Positions 48,323 through 61,889 of a stretch of 64,000 nucleotides of DNA are shown piece by piece. Made by a program: the position numbers and the translations under genes. The DNA is taken from assembly GCF_018350175.1 (NCBI RefSeq), contig NC_058373.1:103852001-103916000 (forward strand). Reading direction: 5' to 3'. This DNA is from Felis catus. Its lineage: Eukaryota. The stretch's first letter is position 1. Each line of letters begins with the position of its first letter. The notes below the pieces were generated by a model. That model was not told where the DNA came from. It saw nothing but the letters and a program-made list of their open reading frames with translations, and made no database searches.

Positions 48323-51300
48323 AAAAGTCCAGAGACATGCAGGTGAAAAAGCATCCAGCTCATAAGCCATCCGAGAGATGGCAGGCTTCTCGACTGGGCG
48401 AGGTGGCTCAGAATAGCAGTCTGGGGATGCTCTCCAACCTGGCTTGCAGATAAAGAAATCTGTTTTCAGAGCCTGCAGTTCATCCAAGTCTATTTTTCAA
48501 GCCAACGTCTCCTCTCCAAACTTTCCCCTCCCCCATTTCTCTCCTTCCAGAAACAAAAAGCAGAAAGCCCACCAGAAGGATTTTTAGGATGCTATTTGTA
48601 GAACTAGTGTGATGGTTCTAATCTCTTGAAAGGATATTCCAATTGAGCTGGTCTGTTACAGACCTTGCTTTTTAATATTAAGATTAAAAATAATTAGTTA
48701 TCACATTCTCAACAAAGCCATTTAGATTACAGTTAAGTATGAGGACAGCTATGCCCGTAGTGTTGTATTCTCAGGAAGGAGACCTACTACATCAACTGTA
48801 GGAGAAAGTACACTAAGCAAAAATACTTTCCTGGCCCCATATGAGCAGTTTTAAAATTTTGAAACATTTTAAATCAAATTAATAAAAGGCAATGCCGTTA
48901 GTATTTGGCATTTGTATTTGATAACAGGTAGTATGTGTCCCAACTATGTAGTGTCTTCTTTTCAACAATTTCTTTTTGCTTTTGTACATTTGATCACTGC
49001 CTTTATTTTTCATTCTATTCATTAGCACACTAATTTAGTCATTCCTAGGTCCTTTCAAGAAATATTTTAGTAATTGTGAAGTGAAATAGTTAATGTACAT
49101 ACTAATCCTATGTATTTGGTTTGGGAAGAAGGGAGCATTCCAACCTCTGGTTATACAGTATGTCCTTTATTTCCAAATATAGATAGATAAGAATCATCTC
49201 TCTTGAGCTCTAAGTCAGAGCACTCGGCCAGGCAAGCAAGGTGAACTTCTGTGATGGTGCCATTAGAAGCATTTAAGAACTTGTTCTCTCTATATACAAA
49301 TATTAAGTAGCTTCAGCTATTTTGAAAGCAGAGGCACATTTCCTGAGTTGGGCAGGGTGCACTGCTATGGGTTTATGTTTCTACTAAAGGCAGACATGGC
49401 TCACCCATAAGATTGAAAGATGACTACACCACCCATGTGAAGCGAAGTCTCTTCTCCTTTTCTGTGTGTGGTGCAAAGTTGGAGAGCTTTGGGACTTCAG
49501 TCACCACAACTTGCTCAAATGACTCATGTGGTGGACTTGAAGGAGACACAGGTTGGGGTGGGGTGGTTGTCAGCACACAGAAAGTTGCACGGGGATCCAG
49601 ACATTCCAATGGTTGTGCCTGGGAAGCAGGTCCCTTGATTTTCCAGGAGGTGGTTAGTCCTTGGTGCCTGCGCCATGAGGCTAAATGGGCTTCTCTCACA
49701 CGCGCGGAGGGGAGAGCAGATGAAAGGATACACATTCAACAGCCTTTTATTGTCAGCAAACAAAAAGGGGCACACATGTGCCAGTTTATAAATTACTGTT
49801 TTCATTAAAAAGGAGTTCAAAAATCAGGTTCCACTTATCATTGTTAAAACCTTAAATTTTTTTTAGCCGTGTGATTTCATTATATGAATTGCAGAACAGT
49901 AATAGAGTAATATTACTCTTAAGCCAGCTCACTTAAATTTAAGACATTCAAGACCCAATAATGCATTAGGTTCTTTAGTTCAAGTTATGCAAATAATATA
50001 CATTTTTTATTCGGCTTCCCACCAGGTTATACATGTATTATAAACACAACAAAGACCTCTTTCTTGTACAATATATTACTCAGAAGCTGGTGAAAAATAG
50101 AAGCCAAAATATTGTGAATTACATTCTCAAAATGGTTTGGCTTTGTACGACCGGCTGACATATTTTAAATGCTAAAGAGAAGCTGGGACTGGAAAGGAAA
50201 ATGTTGACTCACTGTTACCTACTACTGTTGTCATTCATACCGATGTTCTTCAATGTCTAAATCAGATTATTATCTTTATTTTCTTTAGAGTGGAACTAGC
50301 AGACCCAGCTTTACTACATTTGGAAAATCAGCAGGGGGAATGGTCATCTCTAAAAGACAAAAATAAAAGAAGGGACTGAAACTTAACATAAATTACCATG
50401 GCTGTCCCCAAACTCAGAACTGGAGAGAACCTTTTTATTCTTTCACACAAAGCTGATGACGGAAATCGATATGGATTATTTCACAAGCCTTGTTTCTTAA
50501 ATATTTTGTATGGTTGCATGATATAATTCACACACTTTTTAAAAAATATAGCCGCTGACGTATTAATTCCATTTGGGCTTTCAAAGAAAAAAAAAAAAAA
50601 AAGCTAAAGTTTAGGAAATTAGAAATACTGGTGGGTTCTGTCGTATGACAAACACAGCATTTACATCATTTATAGACTTAGCCCCAAAATTTATACGCTA
50701 GGTGGTGAGATAGCTCTGTGTCCTTGCCAAGGTTTCCATGTTGCCATTTATGCCCCATGTAGTCAATTGGTAACTTGCTCAATTTGATAAAATTAATCAA
50801 TAATATATATATGTATGTATATATATATATATATGGATATATATGGATTTTTCGAGAAAGTGAACATGAGCATATTTGTGTGTGTCTCTGAAACATACAG
50901 ATGAATCTCATCGTAATCTCATGCTTTAAAAATATCCCTTCACCCAGGGGGCTTTACTTGTTTATGCTGAGCAGACTGAAAACAAAAATAAGAAAAGTGG
51001 AAAATAAGAAATTCACAGTCCCTTGGCTTCATGACGTAACATGAGCTCTGTGGGAACGAGGGAGCATTCCTTTATACTTGTATGCAATCTGAGCTCAGTG
51101 GCTTTGAAAGCTCTGAAGTCCTCCACAAAACTCTTTCCTCCCTCTTACCCCCCCCCCCCCGCCAAAAATACCCCATCTCAACTAATTTATATAATCTCAT
51201 CAGCATTTCTAACAGAAACTCTCACCTCGGATTCATTCCTTCCTGCGGTAGAGTGGGTAGAACCAGCCTCTGGAGTACTTAGCAAATCACTCCCAGCCGC

Positions 51301-54300
51301 TCCTTCAAGTCAACAAGTGTCAGTCAGCACACAGTTCTTTCTAGGCGGCAAGATGGGCCGCACTGGACGGCAGGCCAGCGCGTGTTAGGATGGGTGCATC
51401 ATCATCTGTTTTGATGCTTGCCTGTCTGCCCCTGAGTCTGCGGATGGCTTCCTTCTTAACAAAATCTAGGCACGGAATCACATTTACTGTCACACCACAT
51501 AGTGCTGCTGCTGTGAAAGATCAAAAATGGCCCTCCATCACATCGCTATTAAGAATTTTAAAAAAGACTGTGAGGTCCGAATTATTTCTTAATTGCATTT
51601 CACACCTGGTTAAGATAGTGTCTACAGCTGCAAGGAGATGAAAGGAGTGATTGATCCTTGAAAAGAGAATAGGTAGGGTAGGCCTTGGAAGGCTTGAGAG
51701 CAAGGCACACTGGGACGGAGTGAAAAGCAGAATCCACTTTTGCTAGAATGAGTTTCTTGCCAGCGTTTGAAAAAGAGGAAGGTGGCTCTGGGGGCAGCCT
51801 TCATTCTCCAGTGCGGACTGCAAATCCCCCACCGAATGGTCTCACTGTAAACAGCAGATATTTCAGACGCAATTAGACTTCCATGTGCCCTGCAAACAGC
51901 TGGGAAGAGTTTCCAAAGTTTTCCCTCTTTAATCTGAGTGGAATACTAAGGAAATAAAATATCCTGACAACTTCTGGCGTGGTCTTGTGACTTTAAAAAA
52001 AAATCAGCCTGTGAAGTATCACTGCTCTGTTTTAGTCTAATGCTACTTCTATCTTTTATCCTTTTTAATTAGAAGGCAAATTCTCAGACCGCCAGGCCTA
52101 ATCCCTACACAGTGGAACAAAGCCCAGCAAAGCCTTTGAACACTGTTCAGCCGGGCAGCACAAACCCTAGTAACTGTTGGCAGTAAGGGCAGGACTCTGA
52201 CCCTCATCTCAGCCATTCTCCTGCAGCTCCTGATGCACCCTGCCCTTCAGAACCCTATCTGTTGTTCTTCTGTTTGGACTGAAAAGACAAAAGAGGAGAC
52301 AATGTGGGAAGCCTAGAGGATTGGCTAGGTAGGACGCGGGGCGCTAGTGGAGGATAGGGGCAAGTAAATGGAGTTTCACGGGAATGGACACAGTGGGGAG
52401 AATTGGATCACCAGATTAGGTCTTTAGGTTCAAGAAATTTCTTCATCCCTCACTAAATCTTTTCATGGACAATGCCACTTTTTAAACAATTGTTGCATTT
52501 CCAATTACTCCAGGAGTGTTCAAACAAATGCCCCCAAACCCTCCATGAAAAGTTTGCTCATATTTTAAACTCGCCAGATGAAAATCAATAAAACAAATAC
52601 CCCCAAATCAGTGGCAGACACTGACATCTCCAAAGTATTTACACTTGTAATAATATTTGAGTCAAGAGCGTAATTTGAGCTCACTCAAGCAAAACCTGCA
52701 ACTAGACAGAAACGTGAATTTTCAAAGCTAATGGGAACAATCATGAATCAAAAAGCCAAATTCCGAGTATGCAAATATGAAAAAGGATTGTTTGCATTTC
52801 CTACTCTGGCTGTGAATTATTTCAGCAGTGGAACGACAGATGCTGCAAACTTTTCCAAACTGTTCTTAGATGGAGCTACGTGTATGTGGGAATTACGTCT
52901 GCAGCCGGGATGGTTGAGAGTTGTATCGGGATTTCTGAAAAAAGATACGTGTTTTCTGTTTGTTGAGACATCTGGGAAAGACACCGCAAGGAAAAAAGGA
53001 GGGGAAAACCCCAGAAACCTTTCACTGGGAACATTTTTAGCAGTCCCGCAGACTCTTAAACAGAGCAGGTTTCACAAAACCACTGTCTTTTTTCCCCCAC
53101 TTCGAATGTCCGCAGAAATACCAATATATGTAGTACAGTAATAAACCCAATCATTATGGCTGTCTTTGTAACCAAATAGAAAATGTGTTACTGACCTGGC
53201 TTTGGGTGATGAAGAGGTTAATTTAAATCACAGGAAAGGATTCAGTCAGGGGTTTAGATGAATGATGTCCAATAAATGTGTGCGTTTTATCATGTAATCT
53301 CAAATCCAAAGTTAGAGTTGAGCAGCCTTTAAGGAAGTTCCTATTTTTAAAGCTCTCAGTAAGACAGAGGTACCACATTTTATGTTGAAATAAAATGTGA
53401 CTTTGGAATTTTTAAAATGTGAGTTTCGCCCTTATTTCTGGCATATTTATTTTGAGAACATATGTCTATCTTATTAAAGGACGCCAATCTATGGAATCCT
53501 AGTCCATTTCCATATCATATCTATTATTCAAGTGACAAAACCCAGTATCTTCCCCAATACTCTCTGCGCCGTGGAAGCAAATCCTTTCTCCAGGTCACAC
53601 GGTGGTAAAGTAGGTGAAATGCACAAAGATGATCAAATACAGCTACAGATAGTATGTTACAAAGGATGACGTGGCATTACTGACAGTCTTCTCTCCGACT
53701 GCTTTTGTGTTTGTCTTTACCTTTGATACCTTCCAAAAGAATGTGAGACGTAACGGCTACCTACATTGGTGTTCTTTAAACATACCTTACGTTCATTCTT
53801 TTCTTCGTTTCCTTGCAGACGGTTTGAAAAATTAGGATACCCTAATTACTTCGGGGGGCTCCCAGCAGCGATCACAATTTGCAAATAAAAATACTTTCAA
53901 AATATTTAAAATACTCTGAAAAGATAGAAGCCTGTTAAAGAAATTGTCTAAATGTTTGCATACATTTCACCGTCCAGTGCCCCAATGGAAATGATCAATA
54001 AACATTTGCATAAACAACAGCAAATTTATTATGCTCATGCGGGTTTTAAATAATCATTGGAAAGCTTTACCTGGTGGGAAATTATTTCCTGTGGTCCTGC
54101 ATGCACGTGCTGTCTTTTGCAGGCATGTTATAAAGTTCTATGGACAACCTGCTGTAGTGATATTTAACACTGCATTTCCAAAAGAAGGTTCTAGAGACTC
54201 AGAGATAGTCCTAGAAATGAACAGAAGCAACAACCAACACACTTCCCATAAGTCAAACCTGGCGTCACTTCCATCAAGGAATGTGTTTTCTGATTGTTCT

Positions 54301-54773
54301 TTTCACCATATCATTATCATCTACCTACTCACCTTGATCGTGTGTATGAATTAATTTTATAGGAGTATAATATAAAAGAATCGAGATCCCTGAAATCCAA
54401 AGCTTTTGAAAATAGCTTTTTCTTTTAAGAAACGAAGACTTGCATTGAACAGTAGCAATGCAGTATTACCTCGGTATTCAGTGTGGTTGAATATATTCAT
54501 TAATACTTATTAGAATGTGAGAATTAAAATATCTACTTATATTTTCTACATTTCTCTTTTTTAGAATTCGTATAATTTAGCTGTACATAGTAGCTGTGAG
54601 TGAATAGGGTTGCCAAGGTTAAAATATTTTTTGTGCAGCTTAGTTTTTGTTATTGTTATTCAGTTTATTCTACCCAATTAGGCTTTTTTTACTAAGAATA
54701 AAACCTTAGAGGGTTTCTGAAGCTTATAATGTAAATGACCACAAAAACTAAGCTCAATCCAAACAAATACAAA

Positions 54774-54820
54774 AAGAAGAAGAAGAAGAAGAAGAAGAAG
54801 AAGAAGAAGAAGAAGAAGAA
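54774..54820. repeat. (GAA)n microsatellite
   Basis: About 15 pure units. Confidence 0.98.
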
Positions 54821-57269
54821 ATCCTACCCTTAATTCTGTATTCTGATCCATCAGTGACTGTATAACTATATCATTAACGATGTTCTCTAACTGGGGAAGT
54901 CCCTACCCTAGAGTGTAAAGGATCAAAGAAAACATTCTTTTCTGTCTAGTACACTTAGTAGTCCGGCCTCCCAACAGTGGGATAAAAGGAACTTGCTAAA
55001 CTGTTGCCATTTTGCAACATCTGCTATAATTCCCCTAAATCCAGATTTGTCTGACACAGAGAGGCCTGTTCTTACATCATTGCCATGTGACAGAATAACA
55101 CCAGTCACATCAAGCTTGAGCATTGCAGCTTCAGGCTATGATAATATGAAGAAAACCTTTTTGCCTAGGGCAAAACACTTGTAACAAAGTATTATTCATC
55201 TGGCCAATTTAAATCTTCTCTCAAAAAGGTACCCAGAAACATATGCAGTATGCCTTTGTAAAAGGCTTGAGCAGCTCATAGGCAAATGACCTGAACCAAG
55301 AGTACAAAACCTAATGTCCTGATTAATTACTGCTAAGCGGCTCTGATACACAGAAAAGAGAATGCTGGTACTAATCCTTAACCCTGTCCTACATTCTCAA
55401 AATAGCCAAAACACTGCTGACAGTTAGAAAAACAAACCTGTCTAGGTTTTAAAAAAAAGAAAAAAAAAGTCGTACATTATCACTTGATGCCCTCCACCTA
55501 ATAAAACCAGGATGCAGACAGATTAGGGAGTTAGTTACCAGTCCAGGGGGCTTCTTGGGACAAGGACACGGCCTCGTGGAAAGAAAACAATCCGAAGGGG
55601 GAAAAATACGTAACAACAATACACAATCCCCAAACAGAAATATTTGGGGTATTCTTATTTTCAGGGTTCAGCTTCCAAGAGACTGAGCTTGCCTGGAAAT
55701 TGTTCCTTAAGAGTTGAGCAACCTCAATACCGCAATGCCTTGCTGATTAACCTGGAGCAAAGATTGCTGTGCTTAGAATTTTATTAGGAAAGGGTGTTAG
55801 AATTTTTTACCTATAAAAATAGGAGGATGCTCATATTTCACTCTAAATATCAGACATGTTAGATTTCAAACTATTTGAATTGGAAAGCTATCTTGGTTTC
55901 ATCAACCACTCAAATTACATCTACCTTTATTAATAAAGCAGAGTTCTGGAGTCCTTGTTATTTTTGCTGAGCAAGAAATAAATGTCTAAAAAGAGAAAAG
56001 TCCTGTAAGGGAGAAGGAAGTTGCCTATCTTAGCAAATTTCTTTCATTAAAAAAAAAAAAAAAATCAAAAGGTCACTAAAATGCAGCTTGTCGTACTATC
56101 AGCCATAATGCTATTACATTGTAGGTAAATAAAATTAAAATACTTCTCTTGGACTTTATGTAAAAACATGTACTTCAATAACACTAATTTAGAGCAAATA
56201 ATGACCTTTATCTATTTCGAAAGCTGTTCTTAACTTGACATTATCTTACAGGTACACCCTCTTCCCCCCCCTTCCCCCCCCCCCCCCACCCCCGAGTTCT
56301 AGGAAATAGCAGGGAACGGGGAAGCCATCCAAGGCTGGGGTTTTGAAGGGCCAGCCTAACTAGGTTCAGGGTCATTTTACTAACTAGGCTGCCCCCAATG
56401 CAAAGGAGAAGAGGCATATTTTCACCTGCAATGCAGTTGTTCTCAAGTCTAATTCCATTTTGGATTTTCAAGAATATTTCTCTGTGGGTGCACATCACTT
56501 GTAGACACAAGCATTTTCACGTGCCACAGCTACCCACCCATTCTTTAATAGATGGTATAGGAAATACATTTTCCACCTGTACGGATCAAAGCCATCAGAT
56601 GATGACCGCCGGAGCAAATGCGTGATGCTGCTTTGGCATCACAGCCTGGGTTTTGATGGTTTGTGGTGTTTTTAAGGACACCAAGCCCTTGCTTCTCTTT
56701 ATACAACCCTTTTTCTCCCTTTCCCTACCTTTTTGCTCTGCCTCTTCCTTCCGCAACTGGTCCCCAAGGGATGCACGTTGATTTCCCATCATTCCTTAGG
56801 CCCTTTCTTTCTGAATTAGGGCGACTCACCTTGTCGTTAATGAGGGTTCAACTTTGGAGTCCATTCACCTTGGTTCATGACATCCCCATAATTCTGAGCA
56901 CCGTCTGCTCCTGCACATGCTGACCTTTGATGGAGATTGTCCTTCCTGAAGCCTGAAGCCCTGACTCTATGCAAGGCAGAGTAAAGAACCAAATCTTGCC
57001 ACTTCTCAGCTCTGGACATCCAACCTGATAATCCTTCAGAGGTGAAAGAGCTGCTTTATTAAAATACTGCCAAGATTTGACACCATTTAGGGGGAAACTT
57101 CTCCTGTTGGTTAGTTGCAGATTTTTTTGGCAGATTAAAAAAGATAAGAAGTTTGAAAATCACTGCCCTTCTTGGAATTGAACTGAAATGTTACTAAGGA
57201 TTGGAAAGACTAAAGTAATTCCCATTATCTGGTCTCCCTTTGACTTGTCAGTTTCCCTAAGGTGTAGGA

Positions 57270-57960
57270 AGAACAATGGAGAGCACATAAATTTTGGATT
57301 AAAGAGATCCAGACTTCAAACCTGGTTCTTACTTATGAGCTGCATGACCCTGAGTGAATTACTTGATGTCTCTAAACCTCAATGTCCTCAGCTGTAAAAT
57401 GGGGCCACATGGGGCCTGTTTCACTGGGTTGTTGGAAGAAGTCAATGAGATAATGATTATAAAGCAAGCTCTTTAACCAACCTCAACAATCCTATTAGGC
57501 ATTATAATCTCCATTTCACAGAGCAGGGGTGAATGGTTCAGGAAGGTTAAAGCACTTGCCAAATGTCACGGTCACATCACAGGTGTTTAATAAGTGGGGA
57601 CTATTTACAATCATCAAACCAAGGAGCGTGGGTTCTCACCTACCTCCAAGTAACTCGAGCGCCTTTGCTCTTAGGGGTGAGAGAGCCAAACTTCCTTTTT
57701 GACTAGCTCTTCAGAGGCCTTGCCAAGAAAGCACAAGACAAAGGGAAATACCCTCTCCTCCCCTTTACCACCCTCCCACTTTGCAGTAGGCCTTTTTGAA
57801 GTTTTACCTCTTGTATCAATGCAACAACCCTTCAAGTTATCATCTCCTTTTCACCAGAGCACGATCCAGAGCCTGAGAAATGTTACATTGCTTGCCAGAG
57901 GTCACAGGCATTCTTTATGGTGGAACCAGCCTTGTAAATTCCAGCCTCTCCTCCCCTGGG
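57270..57960. mobile_element. MIR cluster (one plus-strand copy, two minus-strand fragments)
   Basis: GAGCTGCATGACCCTGAGTGAATTACTTGATGTCTCTAAACCTCAATGTCCTCAGCTGTAAAATGGGG; CCATTTCACAGAG...GGTTAAAGCACTTGCC. Confidence 0.8.
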
Positions 57961-58191
57961 GCCCTTGCTCTTTCCACTACGGCCCTGACTCACTGTTGTT
58001 CTGCTCAGGGGCATGGGGGCAGAGAGCGGTCAGGGGTTGGAGAAAGAATGGCTAAACCTTTTGCAAGGGATGTCGTCTGTAGCAGGTGCCAGGAACCCCT
58101 CCAGAAGGTCCTCTATACACTCAGGAAAACTACAAGGGTTTCTGGAATGAAGTTTACATAGAAACGAATCTTAGGTAAAAATAGAAATCAG

Positions 58192-58410
58192 GGGGCGCCT
58201 GGGTGTCTCAGTGGGTTAGGCATCCAACTTTAGCTCAGGTCGTGATCTCACGGTTCGTGGGCTCGAGCCCCAGGTCAGGCTCTGTGCTGACAGCTCAGAG
58301 CCTGGAGGCTGCTTTCGATTCTGTGTCTCCCTCTCTCTTTCTGCCCCTCCCCCACTCATGCTCTGGTTCTCTCTGTCTCAAAAATAAATAAACATAAAAA
58401 ATATTTAAAA
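58192..58410 (+). mobile_element. Felid CanSINE
   Basis: TSD AAAAATAGAAATCAGGG on both sides. Confidence 0.97.
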
Positions 58411-58538
58411 AAAAATAGAAATCAGGGTTAAATTACTAGGTCACTAAACAGAAAAGACCAATACAGTAGAAGCCATTTCAGGGTGTTTTTGCAAAAGAAA
58501 AATATTTCCAGAAGAAATAGTGACCTAATAGCCTATAT

Positions 58539-58606
58539 ATATTTTTTTTTTTTTTTTTTTTTTATATGAAATTTATTGACAAATTGGTTTCCATACAACA
58601 CCCAGT
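58539..58606 (-). mobile_element. Extremely 5'-truncated young felid L1 (about 43 nt plus poly-A)
   Basis: TATGAAATTTATTGACAAATTGGTTTCCATACAACACCCAGT nearly identical to 38504-38546; TSD TAATAGCCTATAT at 58526-58538 and 58607-58619. Confidence 0.93.
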
Positions 58607-58819
58607 TAATAGCCTATATTTTTAACCGTGTATGTACCAAAATGATTTTTTAAATTAGCATATTAGAAAATCAGGTTAGTAATAATGGAGTTATAACTGC
58701 TGATTCCCACCATCCCTCTGTCCCAACCCAAACTCCATATCCTCTCTGCCTCATTAGGGATTGTGATTAGAAGACAGAAAATTAATTGAAAGGACTCTCA
58801 AGGGTACTCTGTATCCCCT

Positions 58820-58935
58820 GCCTTCTCAAAGATCCTCAGGTGATTAAAGAAATGTGCATACGAATCACCTGGGGACCTTGTTAAAATTCAGATTCTGGTT
58901 CAATAGGTCTTGGGATGGGACCTACCATTCCACTT
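58820..58935. mobile_element. MER5A-like hAT fragment
   Basis: GTGCATACGAATCACCTGGGGACCTTGTTAAAATTCAGATTCTGGTTCAATAGGTCT. Confidence 0.85.
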
Positions 58936-59552
58936 CTCCCATGAGAGGCAGAGAGTTCAGATGACCGAAGTAATACAGACAGTGGATCAACTCAGTTCTA
59001 CCTCTTGAAAATGTTAGTGCAGCCCTTAGAGTTCAAGAGATCCTGGTTGAAGTCAGGGTGCTAACTCTAAAGTATTGCTCATTCCCAGACGTCAGAGGCA
59101 ACCAACCTGGAGATCCTGTATGGTAGGCGGGTTCAGCTTGCCAAGTAGAACAGGCTACTCAAGTTAGAGGAGGCGGGCAACCTGTCGTATAGATCCCCAC
59201 CTTTAACCAAAAAGGTCAGGAAGAGAAAGGTTTGTCAGTGACCTAATAAGCCCAGGTGAGAATCTCTAAGTAGGGACCAGACCCTGATTGTCTTAAAACC
59301 AAATTTCCTATTCAATTAGAATGTAAAAGGTGAACAGTTGGCTGTTGGTAGGACTTAATGGGTAGGTGCTGGGGAGAAAGGTACTGTGAATCCTCAGAAA
59401 AGGCAAAACTAGAGCATCCAAGCACAGAGCAGGGTGAGGGAAGGAGTGGTGGGCTTCCCCCCACCCACCCCCTTTTCCTTCTTTTACTGTGATTTTTCTG
59501 GCCCTGGCCAAGTGAAGGAGACTTGAGGGGGTGAGTTACATTACTGGCTAAG

Positions 59553-59774
59553 ATTTTTTTTTTAAGTTTATTTATCTTTGACACACAGAGAGAGAGAGAG
59601 AGAGACAGAGCATGAGTGGGGGAGGGGCAGAGAGAGGGAGGTACAGAATCTGAAGCAGGCTCCAGGCTCTGAGATGTCAGCACAGAGCCCGATGAGGGGC
59701 TCGAACTCACGGACCGCGAGATCATGACCTGAGCTGAAGTCGGACGCTCAACCGACCGAGCCACCCAGGCACCC
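59553..59774 (-). mobile_element. Felid CanSINE
   Basis: Near-TSD ACTGGCTAAGATTT/ACTGACTAAGATTT. Confidence 0.97.
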
Positions 59775-59970
59775 CAGAACTGACTAAGATTTAAGGATGA
59801 GAGTTCTGCTGGAGGGAGCCAGAGTGAGAAGAAGGAGAAGGCAGCTGAATGAGAGGTAAAAGCAGGCTTCGCAGGGTGGGGCTGCAGGAGGGCTGAAACT
59901 TTGGCTGTCTGCAGGCAAGGACCTGCTACTTCTCAGGAGCTGGGCCATACACTCTTATATGTTAGATCGA

Positions 59971-59984
59971 TCACCTGGTGGCAG
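59971..59984 (+). promoter_or_regulatory. Possible CTCF core motif
   Basis: TCACCTGGTGGCAG matches 12 of 14 positions of CCACCAGGTGGCAG. Confidence 0.3.
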
Positions 59985-61684
59985 ATTCGGATTGAGGCCA
60001 AATTGAGAATAGGATTAAGAACTAGGATTTGTCTCTTGTCTTGTCTTTCCATTCCCTGGGAAGAGTGAACTACATCAGACTGAAACCCACCTGCCCTCCA
60101 TCCCTGCACTGTCCACTTCCAGGTCAGAGGGATGTTTAACAAGGGCAAGAATGGTCATGTGACTTAGGGTGCCCCAGTGGGAAATGTGATGGGAGAGTGC
60201 CAACGTGGATTGGTTGCTCTTGTCTCATAGCAAGAGTGTCTCTCGCACACAAGTTTTTAAAAGTGGTTTTGGCAGAATGGGTGTATGAGCCTATGGGAAA
60301 GTTCTATGCTTAAGTGTTCTATTAGATAAAAAAACTAATTGTTTCCGATTCTTAAACAGAAAAGGACGATCATTTCCTGTTAGCTATTAAAATACATGCT
60401 TTCTTATGAGACTGGCGGACCTGCTTCCTGTTTTCAGAAGCTGGACAGAGGGGTGGCTGGAGAGTAGTCATTGTGAAGCCCTGCGATTCACCCCATTTTG
60501 GCCGTTGCTAATGCCCCCTTGAATCTGTTAACACTTTTTTTCTGAAAACCTTCTTAGTGGATGTGAAGGGAAAAAAGGGGGAGGGGGATAAAGGCTACTG
60601 TCAGATTGATTAAGTGAACGCTCATTAGAGAAAGTAACAAGAGGTGAAATCTGCATATGCATTGCAGAAATGTGTCTGATCTTGCTAAGTTGTAAAAAGA
60701 CAAAAGGGCTGAAAACCTCCCTAGCTGGAAGTACTTGAGGGAGAACTGGGGGAGGGGAACATTCTCTAATAGTGACCATCCTTCTTTATAAACACATGCT
60801 AGAGCAGCCACAGTCTGCAATACTTGGCTATATATTTGCAACTCTGTTTTCTAGAAATTTGTACTACAAATATAAACGAATTAATCTGACTGTTCCTAGA
60901 ATACACTAGCCACTTCCTTAATTTATTTTAATACGAATTTTATTTCCTCCTTTTCCTTTCACTCCTCAAGAGACCCTTCCCTCACCCCATATATAACTAT
61001 TCTATTGTACCAAGAACCTAAAGCGATTAGTTTTGTGTCATTGGGGGCATAAACTGTTTCTGTCCAGAGTAGAATAGATTTTTTTTCTTTCTCAGTTGTA
61101 AAAGATAAGCAAACCTAGAGTCAATTATTTTTGCTTAAATTTCTTGTTTGTTGGAGGTGAGTGGGGCCATCCTTACCAAAATTCTCCCTAGCTTACTGGC
61201 CTGAACAAAAAATTTAGAATAGGATCTAGGCTCCAGGCAATCGATATTGACTTTAAGCAGGCGAAGGTCCCCCCCCCCCCCCCCCCCCCCGCTCGCTATA
61301 AAGTGGTCAGCTTGGTATGTAATTACAATGAACAGTTAAGCTGGTAACTTGAGTAACGCTTTTAAGAAGACAGCGTATTTCCAATTCCTCTCATCTGTGG
61401 GAGAAGCCTAATACTATAGCTGTAAGATAACGGTGATGATTTTTTGTTAGTATGCATTTTTTATGAACAAAAATTTCGTAAGTAGTGTCAAATCTGATGT
61501 TTCTGTTAACGTTCATTGTCAGGCATTCCTGTGGTTAGCTTTCTACCTTTCTGCTAACACCTCAAACTCAGCTCCTCGTCTCCAGAAACCTAACCAGAAA
61601 ATTCCTTACCGAAAGAGATGATGGTGTTGACCTTAACCTGCAGAATGAAGATACTTCAGGGCTTAGTGTGAAAAGCGAGATAGA

Positions 61685-61889
61685 GGGGCGCCTGGGTGGG
61701 TCGGTCAGTTAAGTGTCCGACTTCGGCTCAGGTCATGATCTCAAGGCTCATGAGTTCAAGCCCTGCATCGGGCTCTGTGCTGACAGCTCGGAGCCTGGAG
61801 CCTGCTTCAGATTCTGTGTCTCCTTGTCTCTCCGCTCCTCCCCCGCTTGCACTCAGTCTCTCTCAAACTAAATAAACATTTAAAAAAAT
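61685..61889 (+). mobile_element. Felid CanSINE
   Basis: Full head, body and tail; degenerate TSD. Confidence 0.95.

Larger units (their letters stand above)
47300..57250. promoter_or_regulatory. About 10-kb transposon-depleted block, candidate conserved regulatory region or long UTR/lncRNA exon
   Basis: No CanSINE, L1, L2 or MIR recognised, against about 0.8 SINE per kb upstream; AT-rich with octamer, FOX and ONECUT-like motifs. Confidence 0.45.

Noticed and set aside
53790..53895. Plus-strand acceptor TTCGTTTCCTTGCAG followed by AATAAA
   Set aside because: Isolated signals with no linked upstream exon, expected by chance in AT-rich DNA.
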